Shown: positions 11,501 to 25,861 of the stretch, piece after piece
How the letters are laid out: each line of letters opens with the position of its first letter
How positions within the stretch are numbered: the first letter of the stretch is position 1
Origin: Cycas panzhihuaensis
Lineage: Eukaryota; Plantae; Cycadophyta
Direction: 5' to 3'
Assembly: GCA_023213395.1 (NCBI GenBank)
Contig: CM041465.1
Span: forward strand, 199,213,741 to 199,277,740
Length of the DNA stretch: 64,000 nt
Notes under the pieces: model-generated
The model's input: the letters and a program-made list of their open reading frames with translations, nothing else
The model's database searches: none
What the model was told of the DNA's origin: nothing
Program-made: the position numbers and the translations under genes

Positions 11501-12172
11501 TATGCTAACCTTCAACTGAGGAAAAGACATACCACGGGAAGATCCTGAAACACTAGGACCTTGGTGAGGAATAGAAGGTGCAACATGTGCCCCCACAATA
11601 GAAACAGGAAAGGAGCGGGATACATGCATAGGCACGAAGGGATTGGTTGTCACAGGAAGAGTAGATGAGGATGAGGCATGCGGGGGAGGAACAGAAGAAG
11701 AAGAGGCTCCTCTATAAAGAGCATCCTCAAACCATCTAGGATGCAGTTAGAAATGATCTGCGTAATGGCACTCGTTGAGAGCTTCAACTACATCGACAGG
11801 AGGGGTGCCTACATGCTCGTAAGGGGTAGTTGGGACCTCGAACGAAGTAGATCCCTCAGGACGTTCCTCATAAGAGTCACCAACTGAGTAGTAAATATCA
11901 AGAGGAAAGGATCCTTCTACCACATGGGTAGAGGGATGGATGTCGAGCGGGTGATGTTGGTCACCCGGGTAGTAAATGGGATCATCACCCTCTTAGGTGG
12001 ATCTCGGAATAGAAGAAGGAAAATTATGGGTTTCCAAAGTTGAGGTGTGGTAGGTCTAATCAGAAGAGTATCCCTCCATAGTCAAATCAGAATCTGACAA
12101 AGGAAGAGGACGATACTCGGGGTCTTCTAACAATGGAGGCAGACCGCATAAACGACGAGAGAAACGTCGCAT
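5528..12172 (-). pseudogene. gag-pol of Tat element (Gag, CHHC zinc knuckle, protease, RT, RNase H, integrase), many stops and frameshifts
   Basis: MRRFSRRLCGLPP start at 12172; KLFPRSLQSDALKWF (gag); WCSIHGEYFHDDSRC (~10140-10190); IVNNGSSVN (PR); YNQI, FTTPWG, MPFGLK, FMDD (RT); LYTSAS, NYSPTEKECL (RH); WGLDLIG, SSPYYP, VGPF, NGRFLKKFYA* (INT). Confidence 0.93.
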
Positions 12173-12315
12173 GCAAGGTCAACCAACACTGTTAGGTAAA
12201 GGAAAGGGCGATAAAGGCACATGCATTGGGGAATGCCCAATGGAGAGAACGAAGTAGGAAAAGAACCACAAAGAGGTAGCAAAACCAATGGAAGAGAGCA
12301 GAAACTAGCTGGCAG

Positions 12316-12333
12316 TCCCCAGCATGGTCGCCA
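12316..12333 (-). promoter_or_regulatory. Primer-binding site, tRNA-Arg type
   Basis: Minus strand TGGCGACCATGCTGGGGA, 1 nt from the LTR end; resembles the Tat/Ogre PBS TGGCGACTC(C/T)(A/G)CTGGGGA. Confidence 0.8.
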
Positions 12334-12334
12334 G

Positions 12335-15074
12335 TGGACACGCGTCTACAGGATAGCTACCTAACTGAGTAGGAATGGTAAGAGTGGTCGATGGTGCAAT
12401 TGAGAAAAGACCTACAAGTAGGGCAAATACCACGCAGGGCACCCCGTACGCCGGAGCATAAGTTCGAGACCTGCAAATGGAATCTAGCTACCCGGAAGTG
12501 GTTCCCCACTTCAAACAAGAGGAGAAGAGGCGTAGGGTTAGCCTGGGTTGACCTAAGGGAAGGATCCTCCCACCCTTAGATGGCCAGAAGGGGAAGGAGA
12601 GAACCCTTCAAGGGTTTCCCTAGAGTAACGGGAAAAAGGAAAAAGTAGGCAAATGGTGTCCTACGAACGGGATCCGCTCGATTACCGGCTAAGTGGAGAA
12701 CCGAAAGAACATAAATGGAACAACCAAAGGGAAGAGGTTATTATGTGTGTAAGAAAACTAACCAAGTAAGTAAATGATGAAGTGAGAGGGAAGTATGCAA
12801 GGCAAAAAGGGGGGGAAAGGTGAGAGGGAAGGTTTCCTATGACTTTTTCCTATAGCAAATAAAATGCAGGCGATAAAGTAAGCAAAGTATAAACTAAGAC
12901 AAAGGTTGATTTCCCTTCTCTTTCCGATGAGCTAATTACTGCTACGTAAAAGAACTCAAAAGGAAAATAAAAGTGGTGAAGTGGAGCGAGAGTGTGTACC
13001 CAGAATAGAAGCGTGACGAAGTGACGACGTTCACACGAGACACTCGAAGTTGCTCCACAAGGCATAGCAGACGTGAAGGGTTAACGGTAGACCGGAATGT
13101 GGGGCTCCCTTACCTTCTCCGAAAATAGTACTAAAGTACCAAGAAAAGAAAGGAAAGGAACAAAATGCTAACAATAAATGAGATATGAAAGTAAAGCATA
13201 AATGGAAGCACTTACCCGCGAAGGAAGAAAGAGGAATGGATCCTTTGCATCTTCCAAATACCTGCAAGTAAATGACAATATCCCCCTTTGTAGAGAAAGG
13301 GTACTAGCATACAATAGAGAGTCCTAACAATACATGTACATATGAAGCACGTATAAACTTAAATGCATGCACGTTAGTATTCAATATTACAACGATAAAC
13401 TATGGCAGAAAATAACCAAAGTCAAAGATAAATGAACCGATAAGCCTCAGAGTAGCCCACCTCCCACAAGGAACAACCCTACTCTCCCCTAAGAAGCCAT
13501 GCAGTAGCGAGGGTAAAGCTATGCAAGAGGGGTGGAAATGGAGATAAAAGAGTTGAAAAGAGCCCAAGAGGATCTACAGCAAGCCGGGGTGCTACAGGGA
13601 GCAAACTGAATTGCCGGGGAAGGAGTTGAGCAAGGGACAAGTAACTGGGGCTTATGTGAGTTGCTTGGATTAAGGTGCAAGCCCTCAAACCAGCGCTGCA
13701 ACGTGTGACAGCGCTGATTTCAGTGGCTAAAAATAGCCTAACAAACCCTTGTTTCATTGCCAAGAATAGCACGGGGCAAAAGGGAAGGTTTGGGGGGCAA
13801 AGAGCCACCTGAGGAGCGTGGAAGGTGGTGCAGAATCCACCCAGCTCTCACCCAAACACTATGCAACCCCTCTTTGCCACTGCCTTGAGCAAGAAACACA
13901 AGAAAGGAGGCACTAATGGCAGAAATAAGATAGCCCAAAACAAAGGAAGAGCAACCTCCAAAGACCAAAGTAAGGAGAGCTAGAAGTGACAAGCAAAATG
14001 GGGCATAAATTAGACAAGAAAGTATCTTAAACCAATGAATACTTGAGAAAACGAAGGGAGACTCTTGCCTCAGTCAAGAGCTACTGAAATAAGGCTGAGA
14101 AATCTACCAAGGAGCTGTGGAATAGTAGGTTTGGAACCCCTGCTAATGGATTTAAAGGAAACACCTACACTTTGAAGATGCTTGATGGCTGCCTGAGCAA
14201 GAAAACGTTGAGATCTCTCCAAAGGGGCTCTCTCCAAGGCATGTGAAGGGCTGGGAAGATGTCCTAGCCATACCAAAAGAGAGTTGGACATTGGAGGAGA
14301 GGTGCAGGTCCTATAGCATCATTGGAGCAGCAGGGAATAATAGAGCACAGGGTGTTTTTCCTTGAGAAACATTCAAAAAATGAGTAAAAGATCCTAAAAA
14401 TGAGTTAAAGATGACTTAAATACCCAGCCCAAACCCTAAAACGAGCGATTAGGGCGCAACTGGTGGTGAGTCAATCGCGAAACACATGGCAGTTTCGCAA
14501 TAAATACAAAATTGCAATGGCAAATTTTTTAAAAACAAACTTGAACAGTCGTCCCACAGCAAATTCCGCGATACCACAGAATTTGCGGCGGTACTGTGAT
14601 ATTTGCGGCGGTATGTGACCAGGGGCTAAATCTGGCCCAGACAGCCAGCCTGGGCTGTGGGCCAATGACAAAAGAGGCTAATGGGGGGCTAAGACACCTA
14701 CCCGAGGGTAAACAAGCCAACAAACGAGTCCAGAAGAGCAAAAATAGGATTCAAACGATGTGGCAAGTCAACCAAACAATGACGGGTCATCACACGGGCA
14801 GAAGGTAGCGCAAGCCAAATGGATCTTGGAGTGAGTAGGGCAGAATGCAGGAAGTGAAATGACCACTGAGGTGCCACACTCGTTGGGAATGTGCCCCCAC
14901 TATAGTCGTCATAGGTTGAATAAGTGTAGACGAAGACAAGATCATCTACAAGGTCACAACATGCAAATATGTAAGCATACATTCATCTCAAAAGAAAGCA
15001 ATGATAAGGTGAGAAGCATACCTGTACTTACCTGAGTTGATAACTCTGTATCCATTCCCAGAAGCCGGGAAACA
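12335..15074 (-). repeat. 5' LTR of Tat element (2740 bp)
   Basis: TG...CA termini, adjacent PBS, right 1 kb repeated at 1-980. Confidence 0.88.
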
Positions 15075-18000
15075 GATTACAAGCTCATATTAAAGAACAT
15101 AACAATATTTCCAAATGAAAGTTGGTGATAAAGAACATCATTGGGTCATAAGACCCTATATTTATAGTCAGGACATTGGGCAAGTCTATTATCAACCGAC
15201 AATGGTATTAAGAAATACTATTTAAAAACAAGCATAAAAAATACATACATATCAGTTGATATCGGCTGTTGGTGGTCCCATGGCATTCTAAAGCATCGTG
15301 CACACTCTTTAATATAATAAATGTACATTATCTCTAACATTCTCCTCCATAATATTCTTTTTATATGAGTCCAATCTTATCTTTGAACTTATGAAAATTA
15401 ATTTTCCCAAGTTCCTTTATAAATATATCTGCCACATGTTCTTTAGTGTTATACTAGACTAATTCTATTTCTCTTACCTAAACTAATTCCCTTATGAAAT
15501 GATGTCAGGTTTTAATATGTTTTATTCTTCCATGGAATATTGGATTACATGTCATCTCTATTGTTCTCTAGTTATCATACCAAATTTTAGTAGGACCATT
15601 TTGCATTACTTAAAGATCATGAAGTGACATTATAACCAAACTATTTTATATGCACCTAGTACTACTTTATATTCTACTTCTACAGTCGATAAGGAGACTA
15701 TATTCTATTTCTTGGTACTCCAAGCTATGGAGGTTGATCCCAAATTGAATTTATATCATGATGTAGATTTCCTATTATTAATGCATCCTACTCAATCTAA
15801 ATTTGCATACCCAATTAAACTAAAATTTATTGAAGATTTGTAGTGTAGTGCAAAATCTATGGTGCCTTTTAGATATCTAAGAATTCTCTTAGCATCTTAC
15901 CAATGTGTAGTCTTAAGATCATGTATGAATCTTGATGTAATACTAACTGAATGCATAATTTATGGTTGTGTTGATGTCAAGTAAATCAAGCTTCTATTAA
16001 ATTACCTATAGAGTATAGGATTAATTGAACCAGAATCATCAAGTTTGGATAATTTAAATCTAACTTCTTTAAGTGTAGCTAACGCTTTGCAATCACTCAT
16101 CTTATACTTTTGAAGTAAGTCTAAGGTATACTTTCTTTAAGAGACAAATACTCCATCTTCATCTTACTAAACTTCTAATCCTAAGAAGTAGTGTATAAGA
16201 CCTAAGTCTATCATCTCGAATTCCTTACACATATCTTCCTTATATTTTTGTGATAATTTGGAGTCATTTCCTATGTAGACTAATTCATCAACATATAGAC
16301 CCACAATGAGTATAGAATCTCCCTTAATTTTGATAAATAAATTGGAATCTGATTAGCTTCTTTTGAATCCTTAATCTCTAAAGTATTCGTCGATCCTAAA
16401 GTACCAAGCTCTAGGTGCTTGTTTCAGTCTATATAGGGGATTTTTGAGTTTATATACTTTGTCTTCTTCCCCCTTGACTTTGAAACCTTTTGGCTAATAA
16501 AAATAGATTTCTTCTTCAATGTAACCATTTAGAAATATACTTTTGACATCCACTTGGTGGATGTTCGATCCCTTTTGAGCTGCTAGACTTAGCATCATAT
16601 GAATAATTTCCATTCTTGCAAAAGGAGTAAATGTTTCACTGTAATCAATGCCTTCTTTTTTTTAGTAACCCTTGGCTACTAACCTTTCTTTGTATTTATC
16701 TATTGATCCATCTGATTTAAACTTAGTCTTATAAACCCATTTTATCCTAATAGATTTCTTATTTAAAGGTAGATCAACTAGCTCCTAAGTGTCATTTTTT
16801 ATAATAGAGTTATATTCATCTTGCATGGCATTCTTCCATCCATCCTTGGTATTTACCTCTTCAAAGGTACCTTTGACTTCCTTAATATCTGACTGGTAGA
16901 AATCATCTTCTTTGAATACTACATATATGCTTATAATAACTTTTCTTTCTTTAGGGATCATAGATCTAATCGAATTTGGAAACCTCACAATATCCTATAA
17001 ATTTATATTTAGTGTTTTTATCATCAAATTTTATCCTCTTCTTATCTTGAACGTGAGCAAATGTAAGGTAACCTAATACTTTTAAATAGTATATGCTTGG
17101 TTTGTATCTAGTCTAAGTTTGTTCTAGTGTAACCCACCTAAGGGCTTTAGTGGTATACCTATTTACTAAATAGACTATAGTATGAATAGCTTCTACCCAA
17201 AGTTTATGGCCTAATTTCTTATCTTTGAGCATGCACCTAGTCATTTCAACTATGGTGTGATTCTTCCTTTTAGCTACTCCATTATATTATGGAGTCTAAG
17301 GATTAGTATATTGTTTTCTCATGCTATGATAAGTATAATAGGCATTGAATTCATTAGAGATAAACTCTCCCCCATTATCTGATCTTAGGGAGAGTATTTT
17401 ATGTCCACTTTAATTTTTTACAAAGGTTTTGAAGTCTATAAAACATTAGAATGCATCTAATTTAAACTTCAAGAAATATACCCATGTTTTCCTTATAAAA
17501 TCATCAGTGAAGGTGATGAGGTATCTTACTGCATCTAAAGATTGAACATCCATAAGACTACATAGGTCTATATAGATTAACTAAAGTGGACCTTTAGCTC
17601 TATAGCTTCCATCTAAAAAGCTTTCTCTATGTTGTTTACCAAGAAGACATTCCTCACATATTTCTTTATTTGTTACAATTGGAGGTAATCCTTCCACTAT
17701 ATTCATTCTTTTCATTAGGGCCAAACTCTTATAGTTTAGATAACTAAATGTTTTATGCCATATATCACTATCAGTTTTAATGGAGGTCTTTAATGTATAG
17801 TTGTCAGATAGGAGAATGACTAGTTTAAATAGTCTATCACTAGTCCTTTACCTTTAGCTATAATAGCTTTGTTCAACCTTTTATCTTTGATTGTGCATTC
17901 ACCATTATAAAAAATGAGCTTATAACCTTGTTCCATCATCTGGCCTATTGATAGTAGATTCTTCTTGAGTGTTAGGGCATGGAGGATATCATCAATGCAT

Positions 18001-21000
18001 ATAGTCTCTCCTGAGTCTATGGTGATAAAGAAGTTACCTCTACCACTAAATTCATTAAATATAATTCTCTCTTTCTTGGTCTTGTCACTAGTTTTGAATA
18101 TTTTCTCCTTATGTGTCATGTGGGTTGAGCACCCTAAATTTATGTACCAGCTATCCTCTTCTTCATTGGCAATAAGGCTTAATAAGAATAGTCGGTCATT
18201 ATCCCTATTTTCAATGATTGTGTTGGTACTTCCTCTTGGTGGATGGCCATTTTTAGTAATATATCTTATCCTATGGCAATATAAACATTGAATAAGTTCT
18301 TTGCTTCTTTAGCTAAGACTTTTATTTCTGGAGATTCCTCTACCTCTAGACATTATTCTTCTCCTTCTACATATAGACCCTAATTTTGGCTTTGAGAGTC
18401 ATTTTAGTAATGTATATTGGGTCCTTAATGGCTGCTTTAACCTTGGAAATAATTATGGCCATGACAACATTGGCTAGACTATTGATATATCCCTTCATTA
18501 TGGAAATCATTCTGACTTGGGCACCTTTGACTTGAACCTTGATATCTTTGATGTGGGGCTTGATATCTAGGTTTTCGTTCTTGATGGGTATCTTTCCTTT
18601 AGTTTCTTTCTCTTCCTATTAGAGATGGTTCCCTTGCTCAAGTGCACTGAACTTGGTTATTTGATTTGATCTTAGTCTTTATAGCAAAGGCATACTTTAA
18701 TGTCTCTTGGGCACCTTTTTTCTCTTCCACAATGAGTAACATTAAACTTAGTTATTCCACTTTGAGGGTTTTGAGATATTTGGATACTTCAATGCTTATA
18801 GCAACCATTTCAAATCTGTTAACTTCTCCTATGTATCTTAGAATCATTTTAGCTACCCTTTGTTCAGTCAACACTTCACCAAGGAATCTCATTTAGTTTA
18901 CCCAAGTCCTATACCTTGGTTATGAATCCATTGATGCTTTCACTAGGTGACATTTTTAATTTCTCAAACTTTCTTCTAAGTGTTTGAAGCTTAGATAAGG
19001 TAGCTCCTTCATAGATTAATTTCAATATATCTCATGCTTCCTTAGATGTGCTTACTTCACTAACCCTTAGGAATATATGGTCCTCTAAGGCACAAAATAT
19101 AAGAGATAAAGCTTCATTATCCAACTTGACATATTCCTTGTAAACATCTTTCTCATCGTCATTAGCATTGTTATCAATATCATCATAACCTATCTTAATA
19201 ATTTCTTATGAATCGTTAGCTATAAGGATGGGTTTCATCCTTTTACTCTAGTTTAGAAAATTAGATCCACGAAATTTTGGAATACTCATGCTACTAAAGG
19301 TAGTTATCATTGTTTTCAAAATGTTTATTTAAAGTATCCCCTAAAAGTTTTAAATTTAATTGTATCCTATCTACCTAATGGGTTTCTATTCTAAAGTTCT
19401 ATGCCTTAGGGTCTCTAAAGAAAGTTTTTAGTTAATATCTTTTCTAATGGTGTTTTTAGTTAATATATTTTCTAATGGTGCCTGCCCATAAGTAGAAAAC
19501 TAATGACTTAATACATCAGTATGTGAACTCTAAGCTCTATATATCTTAATATACAGGTTACTAAGAAGGTATAAGACCCCCTTGATTTATTGCTCCACCT
19601 ACACTAGTCTTATGCCTAATGCCAGATCTAGTAGTGAAAGCTTGACCAACTAAGAAACTCACCCCCTCCAGGTCTAGGCTAATCTCCAAACTCTAAAAGG
19701 ATAAAAGTTCTAAACCTCAAACTACCATAGAATACACCTGATAGTCAATGGTTTCCTCAACAAATTAGTGTCCACTAAGGATATGTGTGGGGTTGTAGCT
19801 TTAGGGGTCCTAATTGTTCCTCTTATAAGGCTAAAAAATAAGGGTGGTTTATTAAGGAAATTATCTTATTTAATGTGAATAATTTAGTATTAGATGTGGT
19901 CTAATTTACAAGCAATTGATTCCTTTTACCACTAATAAAAAAATTTAAAATATTTATAATAAAATAAAATAAAATCAACTCTAATAGAATAAAATAAAAC
20001 CAAATGACTTTAAATGAAATAATTGTATAGGAAAAAAAATTTAGAATGCACTTTGTTTATAAGGAATTGCTCCAAAATATTTACTTCCTTTTAAGAGTAA
20101 ACTTACATCAAAATTAATCAAAACACAATTATAAGCTTAAATATTAAACTCAAATATATTATCAATGGTTAGTATAGTAACATATTATTAATATCCTTAA
20201 ATAATTTTAAGAAATTACTTCAAAAATAGTAAGAAATACTCAAGTAAGGACCAATTAGATGCATTAAATTTAATAGCTGAAAAGACCTACAAAACAACCT
20301 CAAATCAATGTTAAATAGATTATAAAGCATAAAGCTCTAAGTGATCTTTCCAACGGTTCAAATCATTCAAAAATTAGACTCCTGGTTTAAAAGATATTAA
20401 TGGAATAGTACAAACACTTACTTATAAATAAAAATTAAGAGGAGGGCTCCTCAAGCCCCTTAGAAAATTGGACTCTTGGTCACCAAGCCAGTAATCTCCT
20501 TCTGATTGTAAAGGGTGCTATAGATTTTAAATGTTATTAAATTTGCTTTAATTTCTTGAAAATAAAAATTATGAAATATGGTTTAATTGGGTTTGAAACC
20601 TACGCTTATTTTAAAAGGATAAGGTCATATGGGTCCTCAATGTGACCAACAACTAAAGGGTAAAGGGGGATAACAAATTTCAAATGTGATTCCAATATAA
20701 TTAAATTTTTTAAAAGCAATAGAAAAAAATATATAAATCAATAAAAATTATAAACTTTAGCCACACAACAAATAGAGAAGGAAAATAGGTAAATACGATA
20801 AAAAACTCGATTGAATCAAATCAAATCAAGCACTAAATCTTTAGGTAAATAATGAATCTTTAATGTAGATAGATTCCAACTAATTAAGAGCACTCGGGCA
20901 TAGGATTTTTCTCAATCAAGCTTCATAGAGTAATAAGAGTAGGTAAAGCGATGGATCAAAAAAATATAATTTGATTATTATCCAGAGCTTGAGGGAAAAT

Positions 21001-22184
21001 ATCCATATAGTACAACAAACACACAAAGCTTATGCAAAGGTAGATTTTTACAAATCTTAGTGTTAATATTGAATAGAATAATTCTATTACAAGCTGTCTA
21101 CGTAACTTTAGCTCTACTGAGATACTTAATGCTAAGGATAAATTCTTTATAATAAGTGTTGAAACTTGCAAGAAGTATAGAAGAGAATGAAAATAAAGAC
21201 TAAATCTTGAAGATTATTGTTTGTATTCTACCTAAATACTAGCAAGTAATATTATCTGAAGACTGAACAACTACATAAAGGTCGTACCACTATATGGAGG
21301 TCATAAGACCCAAATAATTAATAGAAACACCAAAGAGATACACTAAATAATCACTGGAGGGAATGTGACCTTATATAGGCAGCCACACTAAGAGAAACAA
21401 GTTATATCCTTTATTTTTATAATAAGGTAGGTGGGGTTTCGGTAGACAAAGGAGTGAGGCAACTTTTGGGAGTTATATCTCTACACTATGGTGATAATTT
21501 TCTAAACTGTCTACTTCACTACAATCTAGGTTCAATAAGGAGTGAAACAAGTAGCCATATGCTTACATTATGTTCATCCATTAAAGTGCACTACTCTGCC
21601 AAAGTATAGTGATGCTAAGAATCCTGAAAAGTATGATGCAAAATCATTAAAAAATGATGAAATGTGTTTTGAAACGTTAGTAAATTTCTTCTAAAACACT
21701 ATTATGCTACAAGTGACTATAAATTCTACAAAAGATAGTTAATAGATGGAGTATTCAAGCAATAATATAATATCACATAAGTATAAGTAATATTAACATG
21801 AAAATCTATATAAAACTATCAAAAATAAAGTAAATATTTGAAATATATCAGGTAATATGCTATTGTAATGCTCCATAGATTAAAAAAGTCAAGCTCTGGT
21901 ACCAAATGAAGGCTCAAGGATAGAGTAGAACTACATTACAAGTTCATATTGAAGAACATAACAATATTTCTAAATGAAAGGTGGTGTTAAAGAATATGGG
22001 TCATAGGACCCTATATTTATAGTCAGGGCATTAGGTAAATTTACCATCGACCAACACTAGTATTAGGAAATACCATTTAAAAATAAGTATAAAAAATGCA
22101 TACATATTAGATGTTGGTAGTCCTATAGTATTCCAAAGCATCATGCACACTCTTTAATATAATAAATGAATATTATCTCTAATA
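15075..22184 (-). mobile_element. Ty1/copia LTR retrotransposon A (degenerate); 3' LTR interrupted by the Tat element
   Basis: LTRs 15075-15339 (first ~28 bp displaced beyond the window) and 21907-22184; PBS TGGTACCAGAGC at 21893-21904 (tRNA-iMet type); purine tract at ~15340-15348. Confidence 0.9.
15345..19310 (-). pseudogene. copia A gag-PR-INT-RT-RH pseudogene
   Basis: IPKFRGSNF (gag start), WYINLGCSTHMT (PR), LRSDNGGEF (INT), WKNAMQDEYNSIIKNDT and GLYVDEL (RT), RIKHIK and VADIFIK (RH); numerous stop codons. Confidence 0.9.
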
Positions 22185-24018
22185 TAAATGGGCCAATCCT
22201 TTTGTACTTCAATTTATTACATGTTCCTTGAGGAAACCTTTCCCTCCTCAACTAAATCACTGCCAAGTTATCAATTAAGAATACTTTATGCCTCATAGCC
22301 ATGTTAATTATTGCTTTATATCTTTTATTATTATCTTGTAGTTTTTGTCTCACCTTATCGCATACCTATTATATATGCTATATAATTGTCTTTACATCAT
22401 CACTCACTATATCCTTTGATGGTAGTTATCCTAAATCTAAAACTTCCTTTACATTTCAACCATAAATAATCTAAAATGATGACTTTAGTGTTAACTTATT
22501 TAGAGACTTATTATATGTAAACTCAACCTATGCCAATACCAAGTCCTACTAATTGGTGGGATTTTCCTCCACAATGCATCCCAACATATTCCCCAAAGCT
22601 CTACTCACCACTTTTGTTTACCTATATATAGTAGGGCCATATAAATAGCACCTAAATGAGATCAGTTATATTGCAATACCCTTGAAGGGAGTAATCTCCT
22701 AGTCATATATAATAACAATGATCTTTAAAAGGTAGTCCACTCTAAGGATTACATGAATATATAGGCTTTATGGTTGATACACAACCTCCTTCTTATCCAT
22801 ATGGGATATTAAGAAGAGAGAAGAAGTAGAAGATATAAGAGAAGATAAGAGAAGGTAAGTTAGGGGTTAGATTCCTAACAAGTCTCACCCCTTTAAAAAT
22901 GATTTACCCTCAAAGCTTGTTGATCTTAAGATGTTCTTAGACAACTTACTCATTCTTCCAAGTTACATCTTCTTTTGAGAGTTGTTTCCATTTAATGAGA
23001 TACTCAATGATTTGCTTGTATTATAGATGTTAGACTCTTTTTCCAATAATACATTCTAGAATGAGTTGAAGTCATCCCTTCTCATTTAATATAGGTAGAT
23101 CAATTTAAACTTGTACCTACTACCCAATGACCCCCTTGAGATATGAAACATAGAAAGCATTATGGATCCTTAATGGTGGTGGTAAGTCTAAGGCATATGC
23201 AACTTCATCAATCTTCTTTGAGGATTTTATAAGGTCCATAGAATCAAGGTTGTAATTTATGTTGCCCATCTTTTTTAAGAGAGGATTACTTATACGATTA
23301 TAACCATAAGTATACTTGATTACCTAATTGGAATGCTTATTCATTTCACCCTTTATCTACTTATTGTTTCATTTGATTTTATGTAAGATAAAGATTATTC
23401 TTAAGTATCTTAAAGACCTCTATTATTTGATGGATGTGTTCATCAACTACTAACCTTAGAGCTAAGTATGGTATATTTTTTTAGTGTGGGTAGTTTATAA
23501 CCATATAATACTTCAAACAGAGTCATTCTTGTTGATGCATAATAGTTTGTATTATAGTATCACTCTACTAAAAAAAACTAATGATGCCACTAAGCTTGCT
23601 TATCTGAAGCATAACAATAAAGGTATCCTTCAAGGCACTTATTCACCACCTATAATAAGCCTCAATGATGTATTTACACATAAATAATCATAATTAGATT
23701 AATGAAAGGTCATGTATATTTATTAATCAAACGCATCCTTCTATGGATAGATTATAAATATATTCTTCTATGTAATATTAAATATCATTCATCATTGTTA
23801 ATCAATTATCCTTTGGATATTAGGTCTTTGACCAAAACTATCTCCTATTTATGAATGTGACTAGCCTAGGTCATCTCAAGTGATATTATAGCCATAATCT
23901 TATAATTAAGAAAATAAATAAATATACATTATTTATATATATAAGCTACTAAAACATTAATCTACCAAAATATATATTTGTCATAAGCATTACACAGATC
24001 TACATATATCTGTATGTG

Positions 24019-24120
<102 letters not shown>

Positions 24121-24613
24121 TGTATGTATATGTAGATTAGTCATTCAAGGTGAGGCATAACAATGCATATCTGTTGAAGCTATAATACTAAATTGCATAA
24201 TAAATACTATAGTTATATCCATTTAAGCATAGTCTACCAACTAGTTCACCATAGAAGTCTCTAATTTGGGTACTTTACTATCCACTTAAAATCCCTATAA
24301 TCACTAGCCTAAGGTGTCTCTCCTTCTAATGTAATCATTATTACAAACTTATATAAAGTGGCATCTTGATTTCCCATGTAATTGCCTCAGCAAACCACTT
24401 ACTAGGGTGTATTTGGCTGCTACTTGAAGGCCAAAATAACTCACTTAAATAAGGGCATCTCTACTTGCCCACATAAAAAACTTAAACATAGGGCCAACAT
24501 GGGTTATTACTTGAACTCTACAAAAGCCTAGATGTTAGATGTCCTAGCTACCCACTCTAATATATAAAAGCTCAAACACAAAGGTGTTTGTAGTTGTTAT
24601 TATAGAGTTACTT

Positions 24614-25395
24614 ATATTATTTAAGAGTAGTAATGGTTCGAAGAAAAGATTGCCATTCTGGCTTCTATCATAGAACATCCTGATTGACGTTGAGCTTGCT
24701 TCTTCGTATTGACACCCTATATCAAGCTTATATTTGTATTATTTGGTTACTACATGCTTATCACTACAATTCCATATAATATTATGATTCTCATTATCAT
24801 CACCGCAGTCATCCATCCATGCAATTCATCAGGTAAATCAATAGCATTGCCATTACACTGAGTTTCCCTTATATTAAATGGTGTATAAAGTCATCAAGTA
24901 TAATATATAGTGTTATGTTGCCAGCATCACCATCAATGCTAGTTGCTTTAGTATTATACAACATATTAAGTTATCTTAATATATAACTTAAATATGTCAT
25001 CTCATACATTATTTTAGAGTAGTAATGGTTCAAAGAAAAGACTATCATTCTAACTACCATCATGTTACAACTTGGCTTGCATTGATCCTACTATTTCATA
25101 TTAACATCATGCATCAAGCTTATGTCTATATTATTCAGTTACTATGTGTTTATCACTACAATTCTATATAATATTATGACTCTCACTGTCATTATTATAG
25201 TTGTTCATGCAATTCGTTAGTAAATCACTAATTCTGATATTATAGTAAGTCACCCTTGTATTAAATAGTGTATAAAGTCATCAAGCATAGTATATAATAT
25301 TACATCACCAACATCACCATTAATATTAATCACTTTAGCATTATACAACATATTAAGTCATCTTAGTATTTAATTCAAATATGTCATCTAATATA
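24614..25395 (+). repeat. Diverged tandem duplication, two units of about 390 bp
   Basis: AGAGTAGTAATGGTTC.AAGAAAAGA occurs at ~24623 and ~25016; ATTATACAACATATTAAGT occurs at ~24954 and ~25340. Confidence 0.85.
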
Positions 25396-25509
25396 GTCAC
25401 CTTATAGTTATAGACCATATATCATATTATATATTATATCATACTATCTTATGTCATGCCAAGGTTATAATATAAATAATATTATATGCATACATACATG
25501 CATACATAC

Positions 25510-25861
<352 letters not shown>

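Larger units (their letters stand above)
1..15074 (-). mobile_element. Tat-clade Ty3/gypsy LTR retrotransposon (TatI/TatII-like layout, aRH downstream of integrase); 3' LTR truncated by window edge
   Basis: Direct repeat 1-980 matches 14080-15074; PPT 981-990; tRNA-Arg-type PBS 12316-12333; minus-strand gag-PR-RT-RH-INT order; extra aRH and PMD ORFs between INT and 3' LTR. Confidence 0.93.

Noticed and set aside
13738-13992. Hydrophobic ORF in the Tat LTR as a possible env/membrane peptide
   Set aside because: Non-ATG start, short, and explained by the T/C-rich minus strand of the LTR; no env motifs
15025-15034. TACTTACCTG resembling the U1 snRNA 5' end
   Set aside because: No U1 body, Sm site or USE follows; it is the reverse complement of a splice-donor motif
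22598-22610. GCTCTACTCACCA resembling a reversed PBS
   Set aside because: It is integrase coding sequence (VVSRA) of the CRM-like element
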